From an uncultured Bacilli bacterium (GTDB lineage Bacteria; Bacillota_I; Bacilli_A; RF39; UBA660), in contig CANQOV010000003.1 of the NCBI GenBank assembly GCA_947625575.1, positions 1-61,007 on the forward strand: a stretch of DNA of 61,007 bases. The letters are read 5' to 3'. The notes under the pieces are model-generated. The model saw nothing but the letters and a program-made list of their open reading frames with translations, was not told where the DNA came from and did not search any database. Shown here in pieces: positions 28,370 to 39,279 of this stretch; position 1 is the stretch's first letter; every line of letters begins with the position of its first letter. The translations under genes were made by a program, and so were the position numbers.

Positions 28370-30637
28370 CTATTCTTCATTTGAATCTTGTTCTAATGTT
28401 ACTAATACTTCACGTGGTTTTGAGCCATTTTGAGGTCCAATTATGCCACGTTCTTCCAACAAATCAATTATTCTTGCTGCTCGGTTATAACCTAATTTAA
28501 ATCTTCTTTGAAGAAGTGAAGCAGAAGCTTTTTTGGTTGTGATAACAAATTCTACTATATCATTATATAGTGGGTCATCATATTCTTCTTTTTCATCACT
28601 TACTGGATTATTTTTTAATTCTTCATCTTTGTCTTCAAGATTTTGGAAATTAGGATCATATTTAACAATTTGTTCTTTGACAACGTAGTCCACAACTCTT
28701 TTTATTTCTTCTTCACTTATAAAGGCACCTTGGATTCTTTCAGGAGCAATTTCTCCCATTGGTAGGAAGAGCATATCTCCTTTTCCAAGTAATTTTTCTG
28801 CTCCAATTCTATCTAAGATTGTTCTTGAGTCGATACTTGATGAAACTGCGAAAGAAATACGAGATGGGATATTGGCTTTTATGACACCAGTTATGACATC
28901 GGTTGAAGGACGTTGTGTCGCTATTATTAGATGAATTCCTGCTGCACGAGCCATTTGAGTTATACGCATTATAGAATCTTCAACTTCTTTACCTGCCACC
29001 AACATCAAATCGGCAAGCTCATCTACGATTACTACGATGTATGGCATTTTCTTATATTGTTCGTCTACTGGTAATTTTTGATTTTGTTCTTCAACAAATT
29101 TATTGTAACTTGTGATGTTTTTGGTTTTAGTTTCTTCAAATAAGTCATATCTTCTTTCCATTTCGGAAACTGCTTTTTTAAGAGCAATAGAAGCTTTTTT
29201 AGGATCTGTTACTACAGGAGTTAGTAAGTGTGGTATACCATTATAGATTGATAATTCTACTTTTTTAGGATCAACCATGATTAATTTTACTTCATCTGGT
29301 TTTGCTTTCATTAAGATAGAAATTATCATGCCGTTGATACAAACTGATTTACCACTTCCTGTAGAGCCTGCGACTAAAAGATGTGGTGTTTTATTAATTT
29401 CACAGTAACGAGCTTTACCTAAGATGTTTTTACCTAGTGCTACTGCAAGAAGTGAATCTTCTTTATCTTTTATTCCCTCCAAAGTTTCTCTTAAAGTTAC
29501 TGTTTGACTGTTTTCGTTTGGCATTTCAATACCTACAGTAGACTTTCCGGGAATTGGAGCTTGAATTCTTACATCTTTTTTAGCTAATTCAAGGGCTATT
29601 TCATTATTGATACTTAGTATTCTTGATAGTTTTGTACCTGATTGAATTTCTAGCTCGTATTGGACGACACTTGGTCCAACGTTTACTTCTACTACTCTAC
29701 CAATTATGTTAAAGTCTTTTAAAACTTTTTCTAGTTTTTTAATGTTTTGTTCAATTGCAACATGATCTGTTTTGTTCTTTTTGTTTTTAGGTGTATCTAA
29801 TAAACTTAGTGGTGGCAAATGATATGGGGTAGTTATTTCTTCTTGTTCATTATTTATTTTTACTACTGGTTTTTCTTCTTTGATTGGCTCTTCAAGTGGG
29901 GTTTTAATTTTGGTTATTTCACTTATATCATGTATTTGAAGATGTTCTTGTTTTAATTCAGGATCTTTATCTTCGTTATGATCGACAATCTTTAGTTTTT
30001 CAGTTGATAATGGCTCACTAGTAGCTTCTTTTTCTAGCAATAAATCTTTACCTTTAGAAACTGTTTTCTTAAGGAAATCCGCGATAGAGAAACCTGTAAA
30101 GATCATTATACCACTAGCTATTAAAACCCAAATAACAATGGTTGTACCTTGTGATTCAAATAGTCTATAAAATAAAGAGGCAAATAAAGCACCAAGAAGA
30201 CCTCCACCAGTGTTTACTAAAGTACTAGAAAAAATACCTGTTTTTATTGATGAGTCCATTACTTTACCAATTGTTTGCATGATATTGTCAAATGTTTTGG
30301 TAATTATATCTGTTGTGGTGTTATTTATGACATAGTTATCGTGAATTAAGACAAGTACTCCAATTAAAACTAGGTAAATACCAAACATTTTTGAGGAGAA
30401 AAACTTGGGATTTTCTTTTTTTATTAATAGATAAACTCCTACATAAAAAATATAAATTAATAAAAAGAAATATAATGAGCCAACAAGAAAAATACTAAAT
30501 GAAGAAATTATTCTTCCTACTGGACCATATTTTCCAATTCCTAAGATACTTATTAATACAAGGATTATGCCATATAAATCTAGTAAATAGCTTGGTTTTT
30601 TGTCTTTGCTAGAACTTCTTCTTTTCTTTTTTGCCAT
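28370..30637 (-). CDS. ftsK: FtsK/SpoIIIE DNA translocase
   Basis: N-terminal transmembrane segments, PHLLVAGSTGSGKS, IVDELADLM, ATQRPS, gamma domain LGYNRAARII. Confidence 0.97.
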   Translation of the reverse strand: MAKKKRRSSSKDKKPSYLLDLYGIILVLISILGIGKYGPVGRIISSFSIFLVGSLYFFLLIYIFYVGVYLLIKKENPKFFSSKMFGIYLVLIGVLVLIHDNYVINNTTTDIITKTFDNIMQTIGKVMDSSIKTGIFSSTLVNTGGGLLGALFASLFYRLFESQGTTIVIWVLIASGIMIFTGFSIADFLKKTVSKGKDLLLEKEATSEPLSTEKLKIVDHNEDKDPELKQEHLQIHDISEITKIKTPLEEPIKEEKPVVKINNEQEEITTPYHLPPLSLLDTPKNKKNKTDHVAIEQNIKKLEKVLKDFNIIGRVVEVNVGPSVVQYELEIQSGTKLSRILSINNEIALELAKKDVRIQAPIPGKSTVGIEMPNENSQTVTLRETLEGIKDKEDSLLAVALGKNILGKARYCEINKTPHLLVAGSTGSGKSVCINGMIISILMKAKPDEVKLIMVDPKKVELSIYNGIPHLLTPVVTDPKKASIALKKAVSEMERRYDLFEETKTKNITSYNKFVEEQNQKLPVDEQYKKMPYIVVIVDELADLMLVAGKEVEDSIMRITQMARAAGIHLIIATQRPSTDVITGVIKANIPSRISFAVSSSIDSRTILDRIGAEKLLGKGDMLFLPMGEIAPERIQGAFISEEEIKRVVDYVVKEQIVKYDPNFQNLEDKDEELKNNPVSDEKEEYDDPLYNDIVEFVITTKKASASLLQRRFKLGYNRAARIIDLLEERGIIGPQNGSKPREVLVTLEQDSNEE

Positions 30638-30708
30638 ACATACAACTCCTACTCTATTTGTATTATATCATAAAAATAGAACTTCGAGGAAAGAAATTCT
30701 ATTTTTTA

Positions 30709-31329
30709 TTAATTATTCTTTAGTAAGTTTATATTATTCAAGTTTTTTAGGACAAAACTTGATGATGTTAAGATATCAGCATTTTTTAATTTATGATAAT
30801 TGGTATCGTTTATTCCCCCGTCAACACTGATTTTTGTGATTAATTTTTGCTTTTTGATCTCTTCTTTTAATTCATTTACTTTAGTTTTTGAATCTTCAAT
30901 AAATTTTTGACCTGAAGCACCGGGATATACACTCATTATTAATACTAAATCTAAATCTTTTAATAGAGGAAAAACCTTTTTTATGTCAGTATCGGGATTA
31001 ATAGCAAGTCCTATTTTGACATTATTTTTCTTTAAATATTTGATAGTTTGTTTTAAAAATGGTATTTCATAATGAATTGTAAAGTATGTGATTGGATAAT
31101 TTTTTATTTGTTTAAAATATTTTAAAGGTCTTTTACACATAAGATGTAAATCATTTTTCTTGGTTGATAATTTTAGATACTCTTTTAAACTAGCAATATC
31201 TAAAAATTTATTTTTGACAAATTTACCGTCCATTATATCAAAGTGAATATAATCAGCATTGCTATTATTTAGTGTACTTATTGTAATTTTAGGATCTATG
31301 TTGCATAAGAAAGATACAGATACTTCCAT
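30709..31329 (-). CDS. rpe: Ribulose-phosphate 3-epimerase
   Basis: HFDIMDGKFV, DLHLM, MSVYPGASGQ, VDGGIN. Confidence 0.95.
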   Translation of the reverse strand: MEVSVSFLCNIDPKITISTLNNSNADYIHFDIMDGKFVKNKFLDIASLKEYLKLSTKKNDLHLMCKRPLKYFKQIKNYPITYFTIHYEIPFLKQTIKYLKKNNVKIGLAINPDTDIKKVFPLLKDLDLVLIMSVYPGASGQKFIEDSKTKVNELKEEIKKQKLITKISVDGGINDTNYHKLKNADILTSSSFVLKNLNNINLLKNN

Positions 31330-31331
31330 TT

Positions 31332-32159
31332 TTAACCTCTTTCTAGAAAATTTAGATAATTTTCATATCTTGATTTTAATATTTTATCTTGCGAAACCAT
31401 TTTTTTAATTTGACAATCTTGTTCATTGCTATGTAGACAATCAGTGTATGGACAAGAATATTTTTTAAATTCGATGAAACAATTTTTTATTTCTTTTTTA
31501 TCTATATTTAAATCAACACTAGAAAAGCCGGGGGTATCAATGATATTACTTGATGAGGTACTTACTAATGTCACTTCTGTTGTGGTATGTTTGCCACGAC
31601 CTAAAGCTTTAGATATTTCATTTGTTTTAAAATTAAAGTTTGGATCTAATTTATTGAGAAGTGTTGATTTGCCACTTCCTGTTTGTCCTGTTAAAACTGT
31701 TGTTTTATGTTTTAATATTTTTTTAATTTTTCTTATGTTGGTATTATATACTACTTTATAACCTATTTTTTGGTAATAATTTACTACCTTTTTTAATTTC
31801 TTTAACTCAATATTTGATAGTAAATCTTTTTTGGTAAAACAGATTATGGCTTTGATATTTTTGTTTTCAAATATAGCTAATAACTTATCTAATAAATTAC
31901 TATCAAAATCTGGTTTTTTTAATGATGTAATTATTAAGACTTGGTCAATATTAGCGACATTTGGTCGATCTAGATAGTTTCTTCTTGCAATTAACTCATA
32001 GACATATTTTTCATCTTTATTGAAAAGCACATAATCTCCAACTTTTAAGTTTATTTTATCATTTTTTAATTTGCCTCTTGCTTTGCAAACATATATTTCT
32101 TTATCTTTACTTATAAAATAATCATCGGATAAAATTTTTACGATTCTGCCATTATTCAT
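31332..32159 (-). CDS. rsgA: Ribosome small subunit-dependent GTPase RsgA/CpgA
   Basis: GQTGSGKS, GRGKHTT, DTPGFS, C-terminal CPYTDCLH zinc site. Confidence 0.96.
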   Translation of the reverse strand: MNNGRIVKILSDDYFISKDKEIYVCKARGKLKNDKINLKVGDYVLFNKDEKYVYELIARRNYLDRPNVANIDQVLIITSLKKPDFDSNLLDKLLAIFENKNIKAIICFTKKDLLSNIELKKLKKVVNYYQKIGYKVVYNTNIRKIKKILKHKTTVLTGQTGSGKSTLLNKLDPNFNFKTNEISKALGRGKHTTTEVTLVSTSSSNIIDTPGFSSVDLNIDKKEIKNCFIEFKKYSCPYTDCLHSNEQDCQIKKMVSQDKILKSRYENYLNFLERG

Positions 32160-33888
32160 TAGGATTGTTACCTTCTTGAGTATCAGTATCAGTATTTTCT
32201 TGTGGTGGTGTTGTTACTTTTTTAGATATGGTTACTTTTAAGGTTACACCTTCAACAACTACGGAAGTTACACCACGGGATTGGTCAATTACTATACCTT
32301 CTTTATATTCATTTGTTTCAAGGTATTCAACTTCTAATTTTATTTTTTTCTCTGCAGCCCACTTAGTAGCTTCTTCTAGAGTCCAACCCTCTTTTACCAT
32401 ATCTGGGTAATATTCATATATTTGTGGAGTATAAAGAGTTATTTTATCACCAACTTTTAATTCTGTTCCAGCTTCAACGCTTTGACCAATTATTTCATCT
32501 TCTTTATATTCTTTGGTATTGGCATTTTCAACATCTTTTACTTCAATTGTTACTTCAAGACCTAATGCTTCTAATCTACCTTGTTCTACTTTAGCGTCTT
32601 TACCAGTTAAATCTGTTATTAAAATGGTTTGTTCGCCAGAGGAAATAACAAGTTTTACTTTAGTTTTTTCTTTTACTAATCTACCAATTGCTGGGTAAGT
32701 TTCAATGACATTTCCCTCAGTGATAGTAGATGATGCTTTGGTATCAACTTCAAGTTCAACTTCAAGGCCTTTTTCTCGAAGAAGTTTTTCAGCGTCTTGT
32801 TGCGTCATGTTAGATACATCTGGTATTTTGACATCTGGAACTTCTGTTATCATTGGCAATAGGACAAAAACTGCAAAAACACCTAGCAATAAAGCTCCAA
32901 AGACACTTCCTAAAATTATTAAAACTTTTTTGTTTTTTTCATCTGTATCATCTTTTATTTCTTTAATTATAGAACTATCCATGTCGGCAGTTTTATCTAT
33001 TTCAACTTCATCTAGAGAAATTCCTTCTGAATATTTTAGTTTTCTTACTGGCTCATCTAATCGCTCTTTATTTAAAACTGTCTGTAAGTCATCATACATT
33101 TCTTTAGCATTATTATATCTATTTTTAGGATTTTTAGCAGTTGCTGTCAAGATGACATTTTCTACACTTTGAGGTATATTAGGATCAAAATCTCTTACGG
33201 AAGGAATTGGCTCTTTTAGATGTTTTAGAGCTATTTCTACAGCATTATCGCCACGAAATGGCAATGTTCCTGTTAAAAGTTCATACATCATTATTCCTAA
33301 AGAGTAGATATCACTTTTTAGGGTTGCTCCTTTACCAGAAGCTTGTTCTGGTGGAAAATAGTGAACTGATCCCATTGCTGAGTTAGTTTGAGTAAGTTGG
33401 GTTGAATTAAGGGCCATGGCAATACCAAAGTCTGTAATTTTTATTCCTCCGTCACTTTTAATTAGAATATTTTGAGGTTTTAGGTCCCTATGGATTATTA
33501 AACTATCATGGGCAACACTCATAGCACTGGTTATTTGTTGCATTATATCTACAACTTCTGCCACAGTTAAGTTGCCACGTTTTTTTAATAGTTGTTTTAA
33601 ATTCTTTCCCTCGATATATTCCATTACGATATAGTAATCTCCAGAATCTTCACCAACATCATATATTTCTACAATATTAGGATGAGATAGTGAAGATGCT
33701 GATAAAGCTTCTCTTTGAAATCTTCTTACAAATTTTTCATCGTTAGCTAAATCCCCTCTTAAAACTTTGATTGCAACATCACGATTTAAAATGGTATCAT
33801 GAGCTAAGTAAACATTGGCCATGCCACCTTCACCAATGGTTTTTAATATTTCATATCTATCATTTACTTTTTGACCCTTTACAATCAT
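32152..33888 (-). CDS. pknB: PASTA-domain Ser/Thr kinase (PknB/PrkC)
   Basis: GEGGMANV, HRDLKPQN, DFGIA, transmembrane helix, three PASTA-like repeats. Confidence 0.97.
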   Translation of the reverse strand: MIVKGQKVNDRYEILKTIGEGGMANVYLAHDTILNRDVAIKVLRGDLANDEKFVRRFQREALSASSLSHPNIVEIYDVGEDSGDYYIVMEYIEGKNLKQLLKKRGNLTVAEVVDIMQQITSAMSVAHDSLIIHRDLKPQNILIKSDGGIKITDFGIAMALNSTQLTQTNSAMGSVHYFPPEQASGKGATLKSDIYSLGIMMYELLTGTLPFRGDNAVEIALKHLKEPIPSVRDFDPNIPQSVENVILTATAKNPKNRYNNAKEMYDDLQTVLNKERLDEPVRKLKYSEGISLDEVEIDKTADMDSSIIKEIKDDTDEKNKKVLIILGSVFGALLLGVFAVFVLLPMITEVPDVKIPDVSNMTQQDAEKLLREKGLEVELEVDTKASSTITEGNVIETYPAIGRLVKEKTKVKLVISSGEQTILITDLTGKDAKVEQGRLEALGLEVTIEVKDVENANTKEYKEDEIIGQSVEAGTELKVGDKITLYTPQIYEYYPDMVKEGWTLEEATKWAAEKKIKLEVEYLETNEYKEGIVIDQSRGVTSVVVEGVTLKVTISKKVTTPPQENTDTDTQEGNNPNE

Positions 33889-34634
33889 TACAACTCACAC
33901 CTTTCATTTATTTCCAAGTACGCAACTGAAATGTTATCTTTGCCACCCCTGTTATTGGCTTTTTTGATAAGTTTTATTACTTTTTCTTCTACAGATGTTT
34001 CTTCTTCTAAAAGACATTTTTCGATTTGTTCATCGCTTAACATGGTAGTTAGACCATCAGAACATAGAAGTATGCCGTCAATATCTAAAATACAGTCAAA
34101 GATATCTATTTTAATTGGATCTGTTATACCAAGTGCGTTCATTAGGATATTTTTTCTTGGGTGATTTCTTGCTTCTTCTTTAGTTAGTTCTCCTGCTGAT
34201 ACTAAAAGATTTACTAAAGTATGATCATATGTTACTTTATGTAATTTTTTTTCTTTCATGACAAAACCTGAAGAATCACCAACATTACCAAATAATATAT
34301 AATCGTTACTTACTATGGCTAGGACGATAGTGGAGCCCATGCCATTGCACTCAGGGTGTTCTTTTGCATAATTTATAACTAAACTATTTATTTCATTAAC
34401 ACTATTTTTTATCCAGTTGATAGCGTCTGTTTTAGTCATTTTAAAGAAACTTTCTTGAAAGCGTTTGCCTAGGTAATTTATAGCAATCGATGAGGCTACT
34501 TCTCCAGCATTATGCCCACCCATGCCGTCAGCAACAGCAAGCAAGTGATTCCCCTCTTGATTTTCTACGATTATAAGACTATCTTCGTTATGATCACGTA
34601 AAATTCCTTTGTCTGTTAAATAAAACGATTTCAT
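33888..34634 (-). CDS. stp: PP2C Ser/Thr phosphatase (Stp1/PrpC)
   Basis: NED, ADGMGGHNAGEVAS, NVGDS, CSDGL, GGKDN. Confidence 0.96.
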   Translation of the reverse strand: MKSFYLTDKGILRDHNEDSLIIVENQEGNHLLAVADGMGGHNAGEVASSIAINYLGKRFQESFFKMTKTDAINWIKNSVNEINSLVINYAKEHPECNGMGSTIVLAIVSNDYILFGNVGDSSGFVMKEKKLHKVTYDHTLVNLLVSAGELTKEEARNHPRKNILMNALGITDPIKIDIFDCILDIDGILLCSDGLTTMLSDEQIEKCLLEEETSVEEKVIKLIKKANNRGGKDNISVAYLEINERCEL

Positions 34635-35654
34635 CTATACCTCCTTTTTGGCTCTTAACTGTCCACATGCAGCAGATATTTTGCTACCGAACTCTTTTCT
34701 TATTGTGACATTTATATCTTCTTTTTTAATTATATCATAAAATTTTAAAATGTTGCTTTTTTTACTTCTTTTATAAAGAATATTACTACTTTCATTATAG
34801 GGTATTAAATTAACATAACAATTTATTCCTTTTAAAATTGTGCAAAGTTGTTTGGCATGATGTTCTGTATCATTTATACCGTCTAATAAAATGTATTCAA
34901 AAGTAATTCTTCTTCCAGTTTTAATCGTATACTCTTTTAGGGTTTTTAGCAACTCTTTTAAGGGATATACTTTATTAATTGGCATAAGTTTACTTCTTAA
35001 ATCATCGTTTGGAGCATGAAGAGATACAGCAAGATTTACTTGTAAGTTTAACTTTTCAAACTCTTTTATTTTAGGAATTATGCCACAGGTAGAAACAGTT
35101 ATGTGTCTTGAGCCTATTTCTAAAGCTTTAGGATTGTTTATGATGTTTATGAAATCAATTAGATTATCATAATTATCAAATGGCTCACCAATACCCATAA
35201 CGACGATATGAGATATTTTTATATTTTTTATTTTTTCTATTTCAATTATTTGTAAAACCATTTCAGAGGGGGATAAATTTCTTACTTTTTTTAATCTTCC
35301 ACTTTCACAAAAGGAACAAGACATATTGCAACCAACTTGACTAGAGATACATAGACTGTAGCCATAATGTTGGTGCATTAAAACTGATTCAATATATGCT
35401 TCATCACTTAACTGAAATAAAAATTTATCGACATCTTTATCTATTTCATGTTTAGATAATTTTAAATGATCCATAGTAAAGTTACTTTTTAGTTTGGCAA
35501 TTAAATCCTTACTTAAATTATTCATTTGATCAAAACTTTCAACTCTTTTTTTATATAGCCAATCGTAGATTTGATCACAACGATATTTTTTTTCTTGTAA
35601 TTGTTGCAATTTTTCGTATAATTGTTCGTATGTAAAATTGTAGATATTTTCCAT
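34635..35654 (-). CDS. rlmN: 23S rRNA m2A2503 methyltransferase RlmN
   Basis: SSQVGCNMSCSFC, MGIGEP, SLHAPN, AACGQL; start moved to ATG 35654 (RBS AGGAG). Confidence 0.96.
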   Translation of the reverse strand: MENIYNFTYEQLYEKLQQLQEKKYRCDQIYDWLYKKRVESFDQMNNLSKDLIAKLKSNFTMDHLKLSKHEIDKDVDKFLFQLSDEAYIESVLMHQHYGYSLCISSQVGCNMSCSFCESGRLKKVRNLSPSEMVLQIIEIEKIKNIKISHIVVMGIGEPFDNYDNLIDFINIINNPKALEIGSRHITVSTCGIIPKIKEFEKLNLQVNLAVSLHAPNDDLRSKLMPINKVYPLKELLKTLKEYTIKTGRRITFEYILLDGINDTEHHAKQLCTILKGINCYVNLIPYNESSNILYKRSKKSNILKFYDIIKKEDINVTIRKEFGSKISAACGQLRAKKEV

Positions 35655-35722
35655 AGTAAATCTCCTTGATAACAATATTATATTAAATATTACAGTTAAA
35701 ATCAAAGAAAAAAGAGCATTTA

Positions 35723-36376
35723 CTAGCTCGTTTGTTCTAATATTTGTTCTCCATATAATTCTAATTGTCCTGCAAAAGCCACAACTTGAGAAGTGGTTGC
35801 TGTAGGTGTTTTTGAATAAGTGTTTGGTGTTTGTTCATCAAGCCACATTTTTATTGAGTAAACGTCAGATGTTTCATCAACTCCTAGTTGGGTTAGACCA
35901 GATAGTTCGATAGCACCATTTTGTGGCGTTTTTACTTCGTAAGTATCGCCTTGTCCATACTGCACCGCCACTCTTATATAATCGATTGGGATACATAAAT
36001 CTGGAGTTATTCCATTTTGTAAAGCTTGTTTAGCAGTACAAGCACTTTTTAATTTTATAGAATATTTAATAGGCAAAGTACCATTATTATGAACTTTAAA
36101 TGTAAATGGGTCATGCCCCATGCCTGTTTGAGCAAGCTCTGGTACCGCATCTATTAAACTTATATTATTAGAGCTTTCTTCTTTAAATTCAAGACTTAAT
36201 GTTCCGGCACTTATTGTATTGGAATTTTCTGCTAAATCCTGATCAGTCAAATAAGCATAAGAGCCTCCAATAACTATTAATAAGGTGCCAAATAGACCTA
36301 TAAATAATGATAGATACACATTTTTAATATCATTATTTTTCATATGTAAATGTTCAAATTTTTCGAAAAATCTCAT
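35723..36376 (-). CDS. TasA/camelysin-like secreted protein with SipW-type signal peptide
   Basis: Hydrophobic helix then GGSYAYLTD...N.ISAGTL, the SipW-class signature; YSIKMWLDE. Confidence 0.65.
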   Translation of the reverse strand: MRFFEKFEHLHMKNNDIKNVYLSLFIGLFGTLLIVIGGSYAYLTDQDLAENSNTISAGTLSLEFKEESSNNISLIDAVPELAQTGMGHDPFTFKVHNNGTLPIKYSIKLKSACTAKQALQNGITPDLCIPIDYIRVAVQYGQGDTYEVKTPQNGAIELSGLTQLGVDETSDVYSIKMWLDEQTPNTYSKTPTATTSQVVAFAGQLELYGEQILEQTS

Positions 36377-36484
36377 ATGTGATCACCTTTTATTATTACA
36401 ATGGTAGTATAACAAAAAATTTAAATTTTTACAATATAAATAAAATAATTTCTAATTTTAGTTTAGAAATTATTTTTAATTAGT

Positions 36485-36967
36485 TTATTTAATAATATAA
36501 TTTTTAAATAAATAGCCATGTGATGATAGAAATTCATCTTTATCTATTAGCTTTAATATATCTTGTTTTTTTAACCACATTACTTGTTCTACTTCTGATT
36601 TTTGTAATTTTAAACTTTTAATATCTATATCTTTATTAAGCAAGTATAGATTAATTAAACATGGTTTTGTAGGATTTTTTATTAAACCTATTTTTTTAAA
36701 TTCATTAGGATCGATAGTTAATCCTAATTCTTCTTGTACTTCTCTTACAATTGTTGTTAAACCATTTTCGCTATGGATAACATGACCACCTGTGGAACTA
36801 TAATTATTTTGTTTTTCTTTACTTGTTTTTTGAATTAAATATTCTTCTTTGCTATTTTTAATAAAAACTATACTAAGCATGATATTACCAGCAGTAAATT
36901 TACTTCCTCTTTCGATTGTTTTTCCTGTTGGTAGGCCATTATCATCATATAAATCTAATAATTCCAT
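36485..36967 (-). CDS. NUDIX hydrolase
   Basis: GGHV...E......REVQEELG Nudix box. Confidence 0.9.
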   Translation of the reverse strand: MELLDLYDDNGLPTGKTIERGSKFTAGNIMLSIVFIKNSKEEYLIQKTSKEKQNNYSSTGGHVIHSENGLTTIVREVQEELGLTIDPNEFKKIGLIKNPTKPCLINLYLLNKDIDIKSLKLQKSEVEQVMWLKKQDILKLIDKDEFLSSHGYLFKNYIIK

Positions 36968-36975
36968 ATTAACCT

Positions 36976-39258
36976 CTATTCTGTTCTTAATGCTTCCACT
37001 GGATCTTTTCTGCTAGCCATTTTACTTGGAATAAATCCTCCAATTGAAGTTACTAATATTGCTATTGCAATCATTAATACTACATGAAGTGGACTCATCT
37101 TGGCTACATTTTCTAATTCTGTTAAATTTAATAATAATTTATTTATTGGAAATAATGATAGATATGCTATTACAATACCAAGTATTCCTGATGACAAGCC
37201 AATGATAAACGTTTCGGCATTAAAGACTCTTGTAATATCTTTTTTTCTAGCACCTAAACTACGAAGAATACCTATTTCTTTTGTTCTTTCTAAGACAGAT
37301 ATATAAATTATTATTCCAATCATGATTCCTGATACTACTAAACTTACAGCACTGAAAGCTATTAAGACATATGTTATAGCGTCCATTATGCCACTTGACA
37401 TATCAACAATTGTTTTAGCCATGTCTGTATATACTATTTTGTCATCATCAGATAAATCTTGGTTATAATCATCTAAATATTTTAAAATATTATCTTTGCT
37501 ATCAAAATCTTTAGGATAAATATAGATAGCATATGGTATTGAATCGTCTGCTAGATAACCTAAAAAGTTTTCTTTTTCTTCTTTAGTTGTAAATTCTTGT
37601 TTGGTTAAAATATTGTAATTTACTTTTTTTTGATCTGTTACGATTTTAGAAGTTTTATTTTGTTCTATTACATAATCTTGTAATTCACTTGGGTATAATA
37701 TTCCACCATTTGATGAGATGTAGCCTACTTCTTCCATCCTTGCCATAGCATTGTCTTCTTTAGCTTTTACTATGCCTACAATTTTTATTTTTAATAAATC
37801 TTTTTTACTTATAGAATCAATATCATTATTAATGGTGTAGATATCATTATATTTTAAGTAATAATCATCATTGTTAACGATTTTAAATTCAATATTTAAA
37901 AAATCATTATAGTTATATTCATCTTTTTCCTCTAAACCAATAGCACTTATTAAATTAGTGTCCAATCTATTTTTAGAATCTACATATAATAATATTTCTT
38001 CTTTTTTAGTTGGTAATTTGCCACTTAAAAGTTCATAATTAGTATTGATATAGTTATCTAAAGTATCTAGATTTAGTGGTAAGCTTTGCATATTAAATGT
38101 AGAACTGGTATTTATTTTGTTATTTATTAGCAAGTTAAAGTTGGTTGTTTTGATATAAGTTATAGCGTCATAATTATCTTTTTTGATGTTTTCTACATAT
38201 TCTATGTAGTTATTATCTATTTTATTAGTATGAAGAATACTTTCAGTTTGTCTATCATACGAATAGATAACTTTTTTAGTTTCTTGTTTGTTGATAGTAG
38301 CTAATTGGGTTAAACTATCTTTATCAATTACAGCAGTTTCTTTAGATATAATTATAGGAAATGATGATAGAGTATCTTGTTCAAAGCTATCAATTTGTTT
38401 ATCAAAGCCATTTGATAGGGAAAGAATTATAGAAATTCCAATTATACCTATTGAGGACGCAAAGGCTGTTAAGATTGTTCTTCCTTTTTTAGTTTTGATG
38501 TTTTCAAACGATAATGAAATAGCAGTCAAAAATGACATAGCCGTCTTTTTAAAAGTGTAGGTATTAGTAGTATCTTGTTCGTTATATGGTGCTGTATCAC
38601 TTTGGATTTTTCCGTCACTAAGCTCAATTATTCTTGTAGAGTATTTTTGAGCTATTTCAGGATTATGGGTTACCATAATTACTAGTTTATCTTTAGATAT
38701 TTCTTTTATTAATTCCATTATTTGAATACTTGTTTTAGTATCTAATGCACCAGTTGGCTCATCTGCTAAAATGATGTCTGGATCATTAGCTAAGGCTCTT
38801 GCTATAGCAACTCGCTGTTTTTCTCCACCAGATAATTGATTAGGTTTTTTATTTATATGGTTTAACAAGCCAACTCTTTTTAAGGCTTCAAGAGATTTTT
38901 TTTGTTTTACTTTTTTAGAAACACCACTTAAAGTTAGACCTAACTCAACATTTTTTAAGACACTTATGTGCGGTATAAGATTATAGCTTTGAAAGATAAA
39001 TCCTATAGAATTATTGCGATAACTATCCCAATCTTTATCTTTAAATTTTTTAGTTGTTTTGCCATTTATAATTAAATCTCCACTGTCATAATGATCTAAA
39101 CCACTTATTATGTTTAATAAAGTTGTTTTACCACTTCCACTCTTTCCTAAGATAGAAACAAATTCGTTTTTTCTAAATTTGATGCTGACATTATCCAAAG
39201 CAGTTTGGGTAAAATCTCCTGTTTTGTATTTTTTAGTTATGTTTTTTATTTCTAACAT
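36976..39258 (-). CDS. MacB-like fused ABC ATPase/permease
   Basis: GKSGSGKT, LSGGEKQR, ADEPTGALD, FtsX-type C-terminal transmembrane segments (SVLERTKEIGILRSLGA). Confidence 0.93.
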   Translation of the reverse strand: MLEIKNITKKYKTGDFTQTALDNVSIKFRKNEFVSILGKSGSGKTTLLNIISGLDHYDSGDLIINGKTTKKFKDKDWDSYRNNSIGFIFQSYNLIPHISVLKNVELGLTLSGVSKKVKQKKSLEALKRVGLLNHINKKPNQLSGGEKQRVAIARALANDPDIILADEPTGALDTKTSIQIMELIKEISKDKLVIMVTHNPEIAQKYSTRIIELSDGKIQSDTAPYNEQDTTNTYTFKKTAMSFLTAISLSFENIKTKKGRTILTAFASSIGIIGISIILSLSNGFDKQIDSFEQDTLSSFPIIISKETAVIDKDSLTQLATINKQETKKVIYSYDRQTESILHTNKIDNNYIEYVENIKKDNYDAITYIKTTNFNLLINNKINTSSTFNMQSLPLNLDTLDNYINTNYELLSGKLPTKKEEILLYVDSKNRLDTNLISAIGLEEKDEYNYNDFLNIEFKIVNNDDYYLKYNDIYTINNDIDSISKKDLLKIKIVGIVKAKEDNAMARMEEVGYISSNGGILYPSELQDYVIEQNKTSKIVTDQKKVNYNILTKQEFTTKEEKENFLGYLADDSIPYAIYIYPKDFDSKDNILKYLDDYNQDLSDDDKIVYTDMAKTIVDMSSGIMDAITYVLIAFSAVSLVVSGIMIGIIIYISVLERTKEIGILRSLGARKKDITRVFNAETFIIGLSSGILGIVIAYLSLFPINKLLLNLTELENVAKMSPLHVVLMIAIAILVTSIGGFIPSKMASRKDPVEALRTE

Positions 39259-39279
39259 AATACCCCTCCTTATATATTA